A stretch of DNA of 32,000 nt from an uncultured Syntrophomonas sp. (GCA_964510795.1 CAZEDT010000004.1:65178-97177), one strand, 5' to 3'. Shown: positions 18,470 through 27,861, numbered from the stretch's first letter. Notes: generated by a model from the sequence alone, not told the origin. Translations and numbers: made by a program.

Positions 18470-19045
18470 GTGAAAAAACGCATAGTAATTGCAATAACAG
18501 GTGCAACCGGGGTAATTTACGGGATTGAGGCTCTCCGTTTGCTGGCAGCCAACGATAATGTTGAAACCCATTTGATTGTCACCGAATCGGGCAAACAAAA
18601 TATCGAAATAGAAACCGACTACGCTGTCAATGATGTCCTGGGCTTCGCAGATTATGTATATGACGATAAAGATGTAAGCGCTTCTCTGGCCAGTGGTTCT
18701 TTCCTTACCGATGGTATGGTGGTGATTCCCTGTACGATAAAGACCCTCTCTGGAATTGCTAATTCATACACTACCAATCTTACCGTACGGGCAGCGGATG
18801 TTACTCTGAAAGAGAAGCGCAAACTCGTTCTCGTGGTCAGGGAAACCCCCTTGCACAAAGGTCATCTTCGGTTGATGAACATAGCTGCCGACGCTGGTGC
18901 CCACATTCTTCCGCCGATTCCGGCTTTCTATCATCGTCCCCAAACCATAGAAGATATAGTTCACCAGACGATCGGTAAGATATTCGACTATCTTGGGGTT
19001 GAGAATAACCTTTATGAACGCTGGGAAAGCCCTGCCAAAGAATAA
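18470..19045 (+). CDS. ubiX: UbiX family flavin prenyltransferase
   Basis: From the GTG at 18470 (RBS gaggggg): VKKRIVIAITGATGVIYGIEALRLL, VVIPCTIKTLSGIANSYTTNLTVRAADVTLKEKRKLVLVVRETPLHKGHLRLM, PPIPAFYHRPQTIEDIVHQTIGKIFDYLGV. The ORF can be extended to ATG 18416. Confidence 0.95.
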   Translation: MKKRIVIAITGATGVIYGIEALRLLAANDNVETHLIVTESGKQNIEIETDYAVNDVLGFADYVYDDKDVSASLASGSFLTDGMVVIPCTIKTLSGIANSYTTNLTVRAADVTLKEKRKLVLVVRETPLHKGHLRLMNIAADAGAHILPPIPAFYHRPQTIEDIVHQTIGKIFDYLGVENNLYERWESPAKE

Positions 19046-19046
19046 C

Positions 19047-19067
19047 ACAGGTCAGACGATGACCTGT
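19047..19067 (+). other. Short stem-loop between ubiX and the lpdD-like gene
   Basis: acaggtca (19047-19054) / tgacctgt (19060-19067). Confidence 0.4.
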
Positions 19068-19218
19068 ACCAGGTTTTTTCCTGGTTCTTTAGGATAGCTG
19101 TTGGCACCCGAGAAACTAACCTGTCAAGATATCCAGGATTTGATGGAAGTTTTTTTAATTGCCAGCTCGCTGGTGGGGGGCAGAGGAAAAACCGTTTTCC
19201 GGGAAAGGGGGAAATAGG

Positions 19219-19635
19219 GTGTCGGTTAAACAAACCCAAGCCAGCCTGGTCGAAGTAATAGCTGGAGAGGAAACCCAGCGTATTGTGTGTACGGCTATCC
19301 TGGTCGGCCACGACTTGAATGTTATCATCCAAGGTGGAGACCGATCCCATATCGGAGCGGCAGCCATGGCCGTTCCCCGACCAAGTCTCAAGAATCCTGA
19401 AAAGATGAGTGCTACCGCATCGGTGCTTACCGTAACAGGTCACAAAGAAGATGAGCTTGCTCGGCTGGTTGCCTTGCACCTGGCTGCCCATTTAGGATGC
19501 GTTACAGCAGTAGTCGCGGGTATACATGTTGATGGCGCAAGTGAAAAGGATATAGCGGACATAGTTGCGAATGTAAAAATAGCCTGTCATGATCTCGTGC
19601 AGTCCATCATGAAAAATCGATCCCTCTCAGAATAA
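19219..19635 (+). CDS. LpdD-like UbiD/UbiX accessory protein (putative prenylated-flavin chaperone family)
   Basis: From the GTG at 19219: TAILVGHDLNVIIQGGDRSHIGAAAMAVPRPSL...TASVLTVTGHKEDELARLVALHLAAHLGCVTAVVAGIHVDGASEKDIADIV. Family call from recalled motifs and genomic context. Confidence 0.75.
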   Translation: MSVKQTQASLVEVIAGEETQRIVCTAILVGHDLNVIIQGGDRSHIGAAAMAVPRPSLKNPEKMSATASVLTVTGHKEDELARLVALHLAAHLGCVTAVVAGIHVDGASEKDIADIVANVKIACHDLVQSIMKNRSLSE

Positions 19636-19840
19636 GGTTGGATAAACTATCCCGGGTTAGCTGGCATCGGCAGGAATTGCAGCTCCCTGCCGATGCGACC
19701 AAACCCCATTGTACACCATGGTATGCGCATAGCCTCCTCAAACCATTTTTTCACCTGCCCCTTGGAGCTTCTGAGACAATACCTAAAGGTAAGCATATCC
19801 ACAAATTGTGAAACGCGTATGAATGGAGGTATGATCTATT

Positions 19841-20371
19841 ATGCAGGAACCCAGGGTAATCCTCGTTGATGAAAATGATAAGGAAATTGGTACTGCGGGT
19901 AAACTTGATGCACATAAAAATCCGAGATTGCATCGGGCTTTTTCAATCTTTATTTTTAATTCACGGGGAGAACTATTAATACAACAACGTGCCAGTACTA
20001 AATATCATTGCCCGGATTTGTGGTCCAACACCTGCTGCAGTCATCCTCAGCCCAATCAAACCCTTCAACAGGCGACTCACCTGCGCCTGCGGGAGGAAAT
20101 GGGCTTTGATACCGATCTGAAGGAAATTGGTGCCTGCATATACGAAGCCCATTTCGATAATGGTTTGACCGAATCCGAATATGACCATATCTTTATAGGT
20201 AAATGGAATGGGAATCCGCAGGTCAATCCCCAAGAAGTTGCCGACTATATGTGGATATCATTAAAACAATTAGTAAACCAGATGAATCATAATCCAGCTA
20301 AATTTACAATTTGGCTGCAAATTGTTATGAAAAAATATCTAACCAGCTTTGATGCTGTACTTAAGCTTTAG
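19841..20371 (+). CDS. idi: Isopentenyl-diphosphate delta-isomerase, type 1 (Nudix)
   Basis: HRAFSIFIFNSRGELLIQQRASTKYHCPDLWSNTCCSHP, RLREEMGFD, YEAHFDNGLTESEYDHIFIG. Confidence 0.93.
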   Translation: MQEPRVILVDENDKEIGTAGKLDAHKNPRLHRAFSIFIFNSRGELLIQQRASTKYHCPDLWSNTCCSHPQPNQTLQQATHLRLREEMGFDTDLKEIGACIYEAHFDNGLTESEYDHIFIGKWNGNPQVNPQEVADYMWISLKQLVNQMNHNPAKFTIWLQIVMKKYLTSFDAVLKL

Positions 20372-20490
20372 GGGAGCAGTTGCAAACTGGAACAGCTCGT
20401 TCAGAAGTAAACCTCTGCCCCCTAAAAGAAAAAGCAGAAAAATTACTCCCTGCTTTCATGTTTCTAAACCAATTTATAAAATGTTGTATA

Positions 20491-20946
20491 CTAGACATCT
20501 AAAATATTTAAAGCCGGTGGTATACAGGCCACCATCTTATCATACACCATCTGTAATGGTCTATGTTTCCAGTCAATAGTTGTTATGCCATCATTGTTGT
20601 AATTTACAATCACCACAGTTTTATTGTTGGTTAATTTTCTAGCCATTACTGTAACACACTTATAATAATCCTCTAATTCTGCATAGCTATGTGCAGGGTA
20701 GAAATAATAAACGTCATTTCCTTGTTTCTCATATTTAGCCTTTCCAAATATAGATTTTAGTAATGCTTCAATTTCTTTTTTGGTATCATCCAGGTTCTTT
20801 TCCACTGTATATTTCTTCAATTCGTTACCTCCTACTACATTCTGCTCATCTACAGCTTGCTTCAGCTTGGCTAAATTCATAAGTACTTTATAATCTTCAC
20901 TATGCTCAAAGGCGTAATTGCCTAATATATTGTCTATTAATTCCAT
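20491..20946 (-). CDS. Hypothetical protein (151 aa)
   Basis: Open frame with balanced composition and no recognised motif. Confidence 0.6.
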   Translation of the reverse strand: MELIDNILGNYAFEHSEDYKVLMNLAKLKQAVDEQNVVGGNELKKYTVEKNLDDTKKEIEALLKSIFGKAKYEKQGNDVYYFYPAHSYAELEDYYKCVTVMARKLTNNKTVVIVNYNNDGITTIDWKHRPLQMVYDKMVACIPPALNILDV

Positions 20947-21096
20947 TGGCTGAATCCACTACTTCTCTAATTTGTTTAATCACTTTAATAAATGCGTCTC
21001 CATGGTGGTTTATTAATGTTATGCCTCTAAATTGATTATATCAAGTATTATGCAACAATTTTTATTGGTTTATAGGAGAACTTCGAATGTCACTTT

Positions 21097-21161
21097 CTGC
21101 CCTGAAAAAAGATTTTTCATTCATCAGTGGTGGCGCTGCGCGCCATGGGGGTCTGATACGG
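21097..21161 (+). repeat. Dispersed ~65-nt repeat, copy B
   Basis: ctgccctgaaaaaagatttttcattcatcagtggtggcgctgcgcgccatgggggtctgatacgg; contains palindromes tgaaaaa-aga-tttttca and tggcgc-tgc-gcgcca. Confidence 0.8.
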
Positions 21162-21412
21162 GAAAAAAATACATAACCAGCTTTGCTGCTGTACTTAATT
21201 AGGTTGGGAAAGTGCTGCAAGGAGGCGGGTGACATGTTTGCGGTCAGTAGTTGGCTAGTGAACAATAGCTATCGCTTAATTAAATTTCCACCTACAAAAT
21301 CTACAAAATCTACAAGTGTCCTTAAGTTCTAATAACAACATTAATAGAAATCAAGGACACTTGGCAACGTTGGTATGGAAAGCTAACTTTCATCGGTTTG
21401 CTTATTGCCTTC

Positions 21413-21793
21413 CTATTTGTTTAGAATATAACCCGCTAAAACTGCTTGTACTTCATAAATATCAAGACTTTTGTTAAACTGTTTTTCTATCGGCACTGGA
21501 TTGCCCGAAATCCATATTTTTAGTTCAGCATCTAAATCAAAATGTCCGGCTGTTTCAATGCTGAAGTGTGTGATGCTCTTATAAGGAATAGAGTGATATT
21601 CAATTTTCTTGCCAGTCATCCCCTGCTTATCAACCAAAATTAATCTCCCGTTTGTAAAAACGAAAAGGTCTCTTACCAGCTTATAAACCTTTTCAATTTT
21701 TTCATCACTGGCAAGTATTTTGGAAAAATCTTTCTCAATTGTTTTGATATCAACTTCTGATGCATTTCCCATCAAACCATCTAAAATACCCAT
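21413..21793 (-). CDS. PH-domain (bacterial YvbH-like) protein
   Basis: IEKVYKLVRDLFVFTNGRLILVDKQGMTGKKIEYHSIPYKSITHFSIETAGHFDLDAELKIWISG is typical of the bacterial PH domain family. Confidence 0.85.
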   Translation of the reverse strand: MGILDGLMGNASEVDIKTIEKDFSKILASDEKIEKVYKLVRDLFVFTNGRLILVDKQGMTGKKIEYHSIPYKSITHFSIETAGHFDLDAELKIWISGNPVPIEKQFNKSLDIYEVQAVLAGYILNK

Positions 21794-22054
21794 TTCATTT
21801 CCCCCTTATTATTCCCATTACTTGTATCTCTATTGTACCCCTTAAAATCTATGTATTATAGAGTTTTATTGCCTAATTCCATAATTTTCTATAATAAATT
21901 ACCTGCTGCTTTCCCAGCGGTAATTGTATCAGAATCGAAATCATTCACCACAGGAATACCATCAAGCAGTCCCGTTCCAGGCAAAAATGTTAAATCACTA
22001 GACCAGGAAGCGCTTGGATGTTAAAGGGATTATTCGAGCTTTTAATTGAGAGTA

Positions 22055-22270
22055 CTAAGGTTTCTTAATTACTTTAGCCCAAGTTCTCTTGTGGCAGTTT
22101 GGGCACTCTACATACTTTGTGGTAACCCCTTGAGGGCTTATAAAATCCGTTAGTGTATTAATTGCAAATTTATTACTGCAATTTTTACACATATATTCAG
22201 ACGTTCTTGATTGCCATATTGCTAATAAAAACAGACCAACAACAGCTATAAACATAATGTAATAAGCCAT
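22055..22270 (-). CDS. Small protein with one TM segment and a CxxC...CxxC zinc-ribbon-like region
   Basis: MAYYIMFIAVVGLFLLAIW...EYMCKNCSNKF...VECPNCHKRTW. Confidence 0.6.
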   Translation of the reverse strand: MAYYIMFIAVVGLFLLAIWQSRTSEYMCKNCSNKFAINTLTDFISPQGVTTKYVECPNCHKRTWAKVIKKP

Positions 22271-22795
22271 GGTTTAACCTCCTTTAGATTTGCTATGCCT
22301 CTATTCATCATATCCTAATATGCCGCATATGCCTATAATTGATATCAGCATTTGAGGGATTTTAACGTCCCATGGTTGGCTCCCGTAATTAAATATAAAA
22401 TTTAGGCGTATGAAATATATCACAAAAGCTGTGATATCCCCAGCCCGTGGCGCTTTTGCGTAAATTGCTTTCCTTTTACGGCACTGCTAAGTCAGCACTC
22501 GCCCCCTACAATGGCATTTACCCCCACAATTAGCAGCATAAGCTGATATAGAACCACGGGTCCAGGACAAGGGAACTGTTTGAATATTTCAGCAAAACAA
22601 ACTAGAGTATCAAGAATATTCTATCACATATGTAATATTTATAATATTTTGATATGACTTTTGATATTATGGTGTTATAATATACACATAAAGAATGATG
22701 CTGAAGGGAGGAACCGCATGGGTTTAGTCGCAGTCAGCTCCAATGAACAGTCATTTAATCCAGACATTGCCAACTTAATTAAAGGAGGTCTTTGT

Positions 22796-23047
22796 ATGAA
22801 GAACCAAGCGATTCTTAAACTGCATTATCCTGAAAGAGTTAAATGGATCGATCAGCAGCTTAAAAAAGGTATGGGATTAGCAGATATATTTGATCTTGAT
22901 TTGCCGGAAAGTGAAGACGGCATAATGTCCAGCCGGGTTAATGTTGAAGTAATGAATCAATGGAGAGAATTTACAGCTACCAGGATGGAAAAATCAAAAG
23001 ATTTATTTTCGATGGCATTATGTGAATTTATGATTAATCATAGGTAA
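22796..23047 (+). CDS. Hypothetical protein (~83 aa)
   Basis: ATG at 22796 with RBS aaaggaggt; MKNQAILKLHYPERVKWIDQQLKKGMGLADIFDLDLPESEDG... Confidence 0.55.
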   Translation: MKNQAILKLHYPERVKWIDQQLKKGMGLADIFDLDLPESEDGIMSSRVNVEVMNQWREFTATRMEKSKDLFSMALCEFMINHR

Positions 23048-23371
23048 ATAATACAAAAGATACATATTGTGTTGAATAACAGAGAGCACATCTATCAGGC
23101 TAATTGGGCTTCGTTATTAAAGCCAATTCATAATTTCCAGAGATAGACGGTGTTTGTTGTCCAGAGACTGACGGAGTAGCTGGCCAAGAAACATCGTCTT
23201 TTTATGACCCTCACAGATCCAACTGCCTTCTCAATAATGCACCTGTAAATACAAGTTTTCCAGGAATAGCCCACACTTATTTCGTTTAAAAAAGCCTATT
23301 TTCCACCCCCTCATTCTCAATATGTGGTAATTGGTCCCAAATAACCCTAATTAAATTATGGATGAATCTTA

Positions 23372-23950
23372 TTATTGAGCTTGAACACCTCTTGCTTGTA
23401 ACTTCCCAATAATATACCTAGCCTCAGGCTCATCAATGAATGGAGCTATTTTAATCATTTTCATACCATATTCAAAAGCTATATTACCTTTGCCAAATCC
23501 CCAAAATTCCATGCTACCACTGTGAGAAAACAAACTATTTCTCGGAACTTGTGAAACCATTAGGTTTCTTATCAATGAACAATCATAATTCTTAGTGATT
23601 CCAAGATTAAATGCTTGATTTGAAACCGACATAGTACTTCCATAAAATGTTATTACCTGTTTGCCGACGATTTGCCATAAAAAAGCTACGAGAGCAAATG
23701 CACCTCCAGCAGTCCAACCTAATAGCCATGCAATTAAAAAGAGATCTGGCGTTCCTGCTTTATTAGCCAAAAGTTCACTTGATACCTTTATTTCTCCAAA
23801 AAACCATCCTATTAACCAAATTGGCAAGAAAATAATTGCAAACCAGTTCTTTCGGGTAGGTATTGTAATTTTTATGATAGATCCAAGTTCATCGATTTGG
23901 GATCTACCATTAGGATTAACTACCGACAAATTTATGCACCTCCATAACAT
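23372..23950 (-). CDS. Hypothetical membrane protein (192 aa)
   Basis: Two hydrophobic segments (WFAIIFLPIWLIGWFFG; FLIAWLLGWTAGGAFALVAFLW) and a soluble C-terminus. Confidence 0.6.
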   Translation of the reverse strand: MLWRCINLSVVNPNGRSQIDELGSIIKITIPTRKNWFAIIFLPIWLIGWFFGEIKVSSELLANKAGTPDLFLIAWLLGWTAGGAFALVAFLWQIVGKQVITFYGSTMSVSNQAFNLGITKNYDCSLIRNLMVSQVPRNSLFSHSGSMEFWGFGKGNIAFEYGMKMIKIAPFIDEPEARYIIGKLQARGVQAQ

Positions 23951-24366
23951 CGAATCTTTTCAAATGATCCTAGAATACCTTTAAGCAGCTGTTAGTAGAT
24001 TTTTATACTTTAAAATAAATTCTGTTAACCTTATCATTCTCCTGCATTATTTTGGAAATAACCGCCACCAATTCAAAGTAATTTCTTATGTATAATACTT
24101 ACAATACGGCTATACGTTTTCCCGACGAATACGACAATGGTTTTGTTAGCCTGATCAGTATTGACTTAAATGGTTATTCCAAAAAGCACGGCACTAAAAG
24201 ACTTTAACTCTCCCAGCTTGGTTAAACATAGCTAAAATATCACCTTTACTTATCCCTAACACAATTATGGTCTACGAACCTCTTTTTTTACATATGCAAA
24301 TTTTACGGATTGACCCTGACATTAATGTCATAGTTTATAATTATCGTAGTGAGAGGGGGGGCTAAT

Positions 24367-24735
24367 TTGCATATTGGTGAATTGTCCAAAAAAACTAGTA
24401 TTAGCGTCAGGTCGTTACGATATTACGAGCAAAAAAACCTGCTACATTCCGAGCGTATGGCAAATGGATACAGGATATTTGATGATTCAGCAGTAAATAC
24501 GGTGCAGATCATTCAATTTTACCTAAGTCTTGGTATCACTACAGATGAGATCAGCAAAATATTAGAGTGCCCGATAACCATGGATGAACAACAGCCTTTA
24601 TGCAATAAAGCTATTGCATTATACGAAGCCAGGTTAAAAGAGGTAAACGAACAGATCAGTATATTAGAAACCCTTAAGGCTAACCTGGAAAAACGGATCT
24701 CGGCTTTTCGAAGCCATTATACGCAAACCCCGTAA
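24367..24735 (+). CDS. MerR family transcriptional regulator
   Basis: LHIGELSKKTSISVRSLRYYEQKNLLHSERMANGYRIFDDSAVNTVQIIQFYLSLGIT. TTG at 24367 after a G-rich RBS is the likely start. Confidence 0.9.
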   Translation: MHIGELSKKTSISVRSLRYYEQKNLLHSERMANGYRIFDDSAVNTVQIIQFYLSLGITTDEISKILECPITMDEQQPLCNKAIALYEARLKEVNEQISILETLKANLEKRISAFRSHYTQTP

Positions 24736-24765
24736 TAAATAACACAGTATTTTGGAGGTGGAGCT

Positions 24766-24840
24766 ATGATTATAGACAGCCATGCCCATGTAATACTCCC
24801 TGCTGACAAGCAATTGGAGATGATGGATAAAGCCGGAGTT
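24766..24840 (+). pseudogene. Truncated amidohydrolase N-terminus
   Basis: MIIDSHAHVILPADKQLEMMDKAGV, typical metal-dependent hydrolase start, then similarity is lost. Confidence 0.65.
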
Positions 24841-24849
24841 TTGCTATCG

Positions 24850-24993
24850 TGGCAGGATTCTTATCAGGCGCTATTATTGCCCCTACTGTGGGAGGACCAT
24901 TTCTTACTTGCCTTCTTTTTGTTTACCCTATTATCAATATTCCTTGGCAGTTATTTATCTGGTAATCACCAATCACATTGAATCCACTTATGT
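24850..24993 (+). pseudogene. Fragment of a DUF6431-like / IS-associated zinc-ribbon protein
   Basis: Manual frame: RRYYCPYCGRTISYLPSFCLPYYQYSLAVIYLVITNHIE. Confidence 0.5.
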
Positions 24994-25389
24994 CTCCTAA
25001 TAGGCCAGCCATGTATAATAAAGCACGTAAATCATTTTCAGCAAACAATATGGGGTATATCAATACGGTGTTTATCGTTTTCATTCGATACGTATTTGGG
25101 CTTACTTTTTTGTAATACTCAGACTTTATTATCACAACGATATTCTAGGTCAGTCCCAAGCTTGTAAAAACTGTCTACATCATATCATGCTTCATTTGGG
25201 ATCTTATGGAAGTACCTTCCTGCTTTTCAGCACCCGGATCGTTATAAGCTGATGATGTGCTAGCTACTTTTTTACCTTTGTCTCCGCTTTCCTTTTCCTA
25301 TAATCAGCTTATTTTCATGAGTTGTTACAATGTTTTTTTCGGGCGGATTTTATTATTGGAAGTTCGCAATATCAGCATCTATCTCTTTG

Positions 25390-25940
25390 ATTCTACCGGA
25401 TTCTGAAAAACTGCCAATGTATATCAATCAAGCAGTGATCAAAAAGGCTACCGCAACCACGGGTAGGAAACACTATCATGAAATATCTGTGGAATTACTG
25501 AAACAATTACCTAAGCAGATTCATGATGCAATAATGGTTTTTGATTCCCTAACTCGTCCTGACAGCCTTGTGATTATGACCGAATTGATGCATAAAGATG
25601 AGAGCGTTGTAGTAACAGTTCATTTATCCGCTAGACAAGAAAACCATGTGATAAATGATATCGCTAGTGTTTATTCACGAGGAAGAGATTCTGATTTTGT
25701 AAAGTGGATTGAGAAGGGAGCATTGAGGTATATAAACAAACAGAAGGCTCTTTCGTGGTTTCGCAACGGGGGGCTACAATTGCCCGAAGTGGAAACGGAA
25801 CCTTCTTCCAAAAGAAGACTAACAGAAGATGGCTATGTCAAGTCGCTGACTAAAGATTTGGGCATTAGCTGGAGTTCTCGTAAGAATTCAGCCAGCAGTA
25901 GTGCACTGACTAGCTCCAGTACCTTACAATTGCCACAAAC
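25390..25940 (+). pseudogene. Phage MuF-like C-terminal domain remnant
   Basis: LPKQIHDAIMVFDSLTRPDSLVIMTELMHKDESVVVTVHLSARQENHVINDIASVYSRGRDSDFVKWIEKGALRYINKQKALSWFRNGGLQLPEVE. Confidence 0.6.
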
Positions 25941-25949
25941 TGATTTTGA

Positions 25950-26210
25950 CGACATGCGGCTTATTGATGAAATCTATACAGTCTGTAATTTCTATGGTTA
26001 CCGCAGGCTTACAGTGGAAATGCAGATGTAAGGATGGCAAATTTATCGCAAGCTGGTCGATGGCTCATACGGATTATATTCAAGGAATTGTCCTGATCCC
26101 AACCTAGTAAACGACTCCACGCTAAAATATATCCACCCATACCTTTTAAGGTCATAACTTGACCATCCTAATCAGATCTGGGCGGTGGAAGTGATATACA
26201 TTTGAATGCG
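25950..26210 (+). pseudogene. Decayed IS3-family transposase OrfB fragment
   Basis: MRLIDEIYTVCNFYGYRRLTVEMQM*GWQIYRKLVDGSYGLYSRNCPDPNLVNDSTLKYIHPYLLRS*LDHPNQIWAVEVIYI*; two internal stops. Confidence 0.85.
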
Positions 26211-26617
26211 CAAGGACTCATGTATTTATTCGTCATCACAATCTTTACAGTCGCTATGTTATGCACTGAGGATACCTTAATCGCCACTGGGTTATTACAT
26301 TGAGATCCTTAATACCAGAAATAATCAAAATTTCAAATAACGGAAAGGGGTGGGCACTAGATAATATTTATACTGAGTGATTCTTCTGGACATTGACCTT
26401 CTGTAAGAGGTCTGAACCAATTCATAATGTTTTACAATGAACAGCGGCTACATGAGTCGCTTGAAAAAAGTTAATCTGACTTTAATTTTTAAAAGCTTAT
26501 TTTAGCTCAAAACAATAGTAATGCCAAAAAAGGAAATTCAATAATTACGTCGAAGATTTTAGTAATATCTAGGCTTGTCTCTTCTCATCAAGATAAGTAT
26601 GCTATACTTTAAGTAGA

Positions 26618-26637
26618 TTTATACCACTTTATACCAC
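26618..26637 (+). promoter_or_regulatory. Tandem 10-mer direct repeat upstream of the TA module, possible operator
   Basis: tttataccac x2 (26618-26627, 26628-26637) immediately downstream of tatgctatact. Confidence 0.4.
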
Positions 26638-26720
26638 TAAGATATTATTCTGAAAGGAGGATAACTGCTTCTCCCATCCTGGACAAGCTTTTACTTGGGA
26701 GTAAGGTCAGTTTAAATGTT

Positions 26721-26927
26721 ATGACTACTAAAACAAAAGAAGTGACCATAGATATAGACAGTATCCAAGCTGTAATTAAAAACATGGATCTTCCCTATGA
26801 TTATAAACATACAGCCTCTATATTGGAATTAGCTGCAATAAAAACACAACGACGTTTAGCCTGGAAAAGAAAAATGAGGTTAGTTCGCTTTTCCCCTTTT
26901 AATTCCAAACGTCTTAAAATCGGCTAA
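26721..26927 (+). CDS. Antitoxin-like small protein (68 aa)
   Basis: TAATG stop/start overlap with the downstream zeta-like gene; paralogous to the small ORF at 27684. Confidence 0.65.
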   Translation: MTTKTKEVTIDIDSIQAVIKNMDLPYDYKHTASILELAAIKTQRRLAWKRKMRLVRFSPFNSKRLKIG

Positions 26928-27514
26928 TGCCTGATAAATTTATGATTGTTGTTGCTGGCCCTAATGGGTCTGGTAAATCTAGCATATGGGGTGCTGTATC
27001 AGAAGTTTATGACATACAATACATATGTCCTGATAATTATACTCACTTGTACAGTTATATAAATTCAATTGAGGAACGCTACGTCTACGCGATGAAAGCA
27101 GCAAAACTAGACCGGTTAACTGCAGTGGAAATTGGCGATTCTTTTGCTTTTGAGACCGTTTGTTCTAATCCTGAGAAAATAAATTTTATTTCAGATGCAC
27201 GCTCCAAAGGTTATAGAATTATAGTCCTATATGTTTCGACTAGAGATCCAAATATCAATATTGCGAGAGTAAAAAAAAGAGTGTATGAAGGCGGTCATGA
27301 CGTTCCGGACGATAAAATATTTGAACGTTACCATAGAAGTATGAATCTCCTGCCAGATTTATTAAAATTGGCTGACGAGGCTCTAGTATATGATAATTCC
27401 GATGACAATAATCACCCCCAGCTTTTTCTTACAATTAAAAGAGGTTCATATTCCATTTATAATCCTGTACCAGCATGGGGTAAAGCAACTATTGAGAGCT
27501 TAACACATCTTTAA
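26927..27514 (+). CDS. Zeta toxin-like P-loop ATPase/kinase
   Basis: MIVVAGPNGSGKSSIWG (Walker A), FAFETVCSNPEKINFISDARSKGYRIIVLYVSTRDPNINIARVKKRVYEGGHDVPDDKIFERYHRSMNLL is typical of zeta-like proteins. Confidence 0.88.
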   Translation: MPDKFMIVVAGPNGSGKSSIWGAVSEVYDIQYICPDNYTHLYSYINSIEERYVYAMKAAKLDRLTAVEIGDSFAFETVCSNPEKINFISDARSKGYRIIVLYVSTRDPNINIARVKKRVYEGGHDVPDDKIFERYHRSMNLLPDLLKLADEALVYDNSDDNNHPQLFLTIKRGSYSIYNPVPAWGKATIESLTHL

Positions 27515-27683
27515 CATTGAGTAATAGGAAACCGCCACCTGTGTACATTAAGCTATACAGGTGGCTAATTTTTGTTATTTTTTGGATACTTATCGTACTA
27601 ATTTTATTATGCTACTCGAATACTATCGTTATTTATTGGCAATCTTATTTAATATGATTATTTTATGAAAGAAGGTTGCTATT

Positions 27684-27842
27684 ATGTCCAAGAAATCTTT
27701 ACCTTCATTAAAAGCTATTAGTTCTACTATTGAGAATATGAAACTGCCCTATGATTATAAAAAAACAGCCGCTATATTGGATAAGTCCTCAAAAATAACG
27801 CAGTCTCGTCTAGCCGCTATTAGAAAGTCAAAAGGAGTATAG
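27684..27842 (+). CDS. Second antitoxin-like small ORF (52 aa), absent from the supplied track
   Basis: MSKKSLPSLKAISSTIENMKLPYDYKKTAAILDKSSKITQSRLAAIRKSKGV; shares I.NM.LPYDYK.TA.IL....K.Q.RLA with the 26721 ORF. Confidence 0.6.
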   Translation: MSKKSLPSLKAISSTIENMKLPYDYKKTAAILDKSSKITQSRLAAIRKSKGV

Positions 27843-27861
27843 ACTCATTTATGGGTCTCCC

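Noticed and set aside
19012-19491. 159-aa minus-strand ORF across ubiX/lpdD-like genes
   Set aside because: Shadow ORF; the plus strand has the recognisable proteins.
26040-26700. Possible novel non-coding RNA between the IS3 remnant and the TA module
   Set aside because: The first part is explained by IS3 decay; in the rest I found no long stem or repeat beyond the tandem 10-mer.
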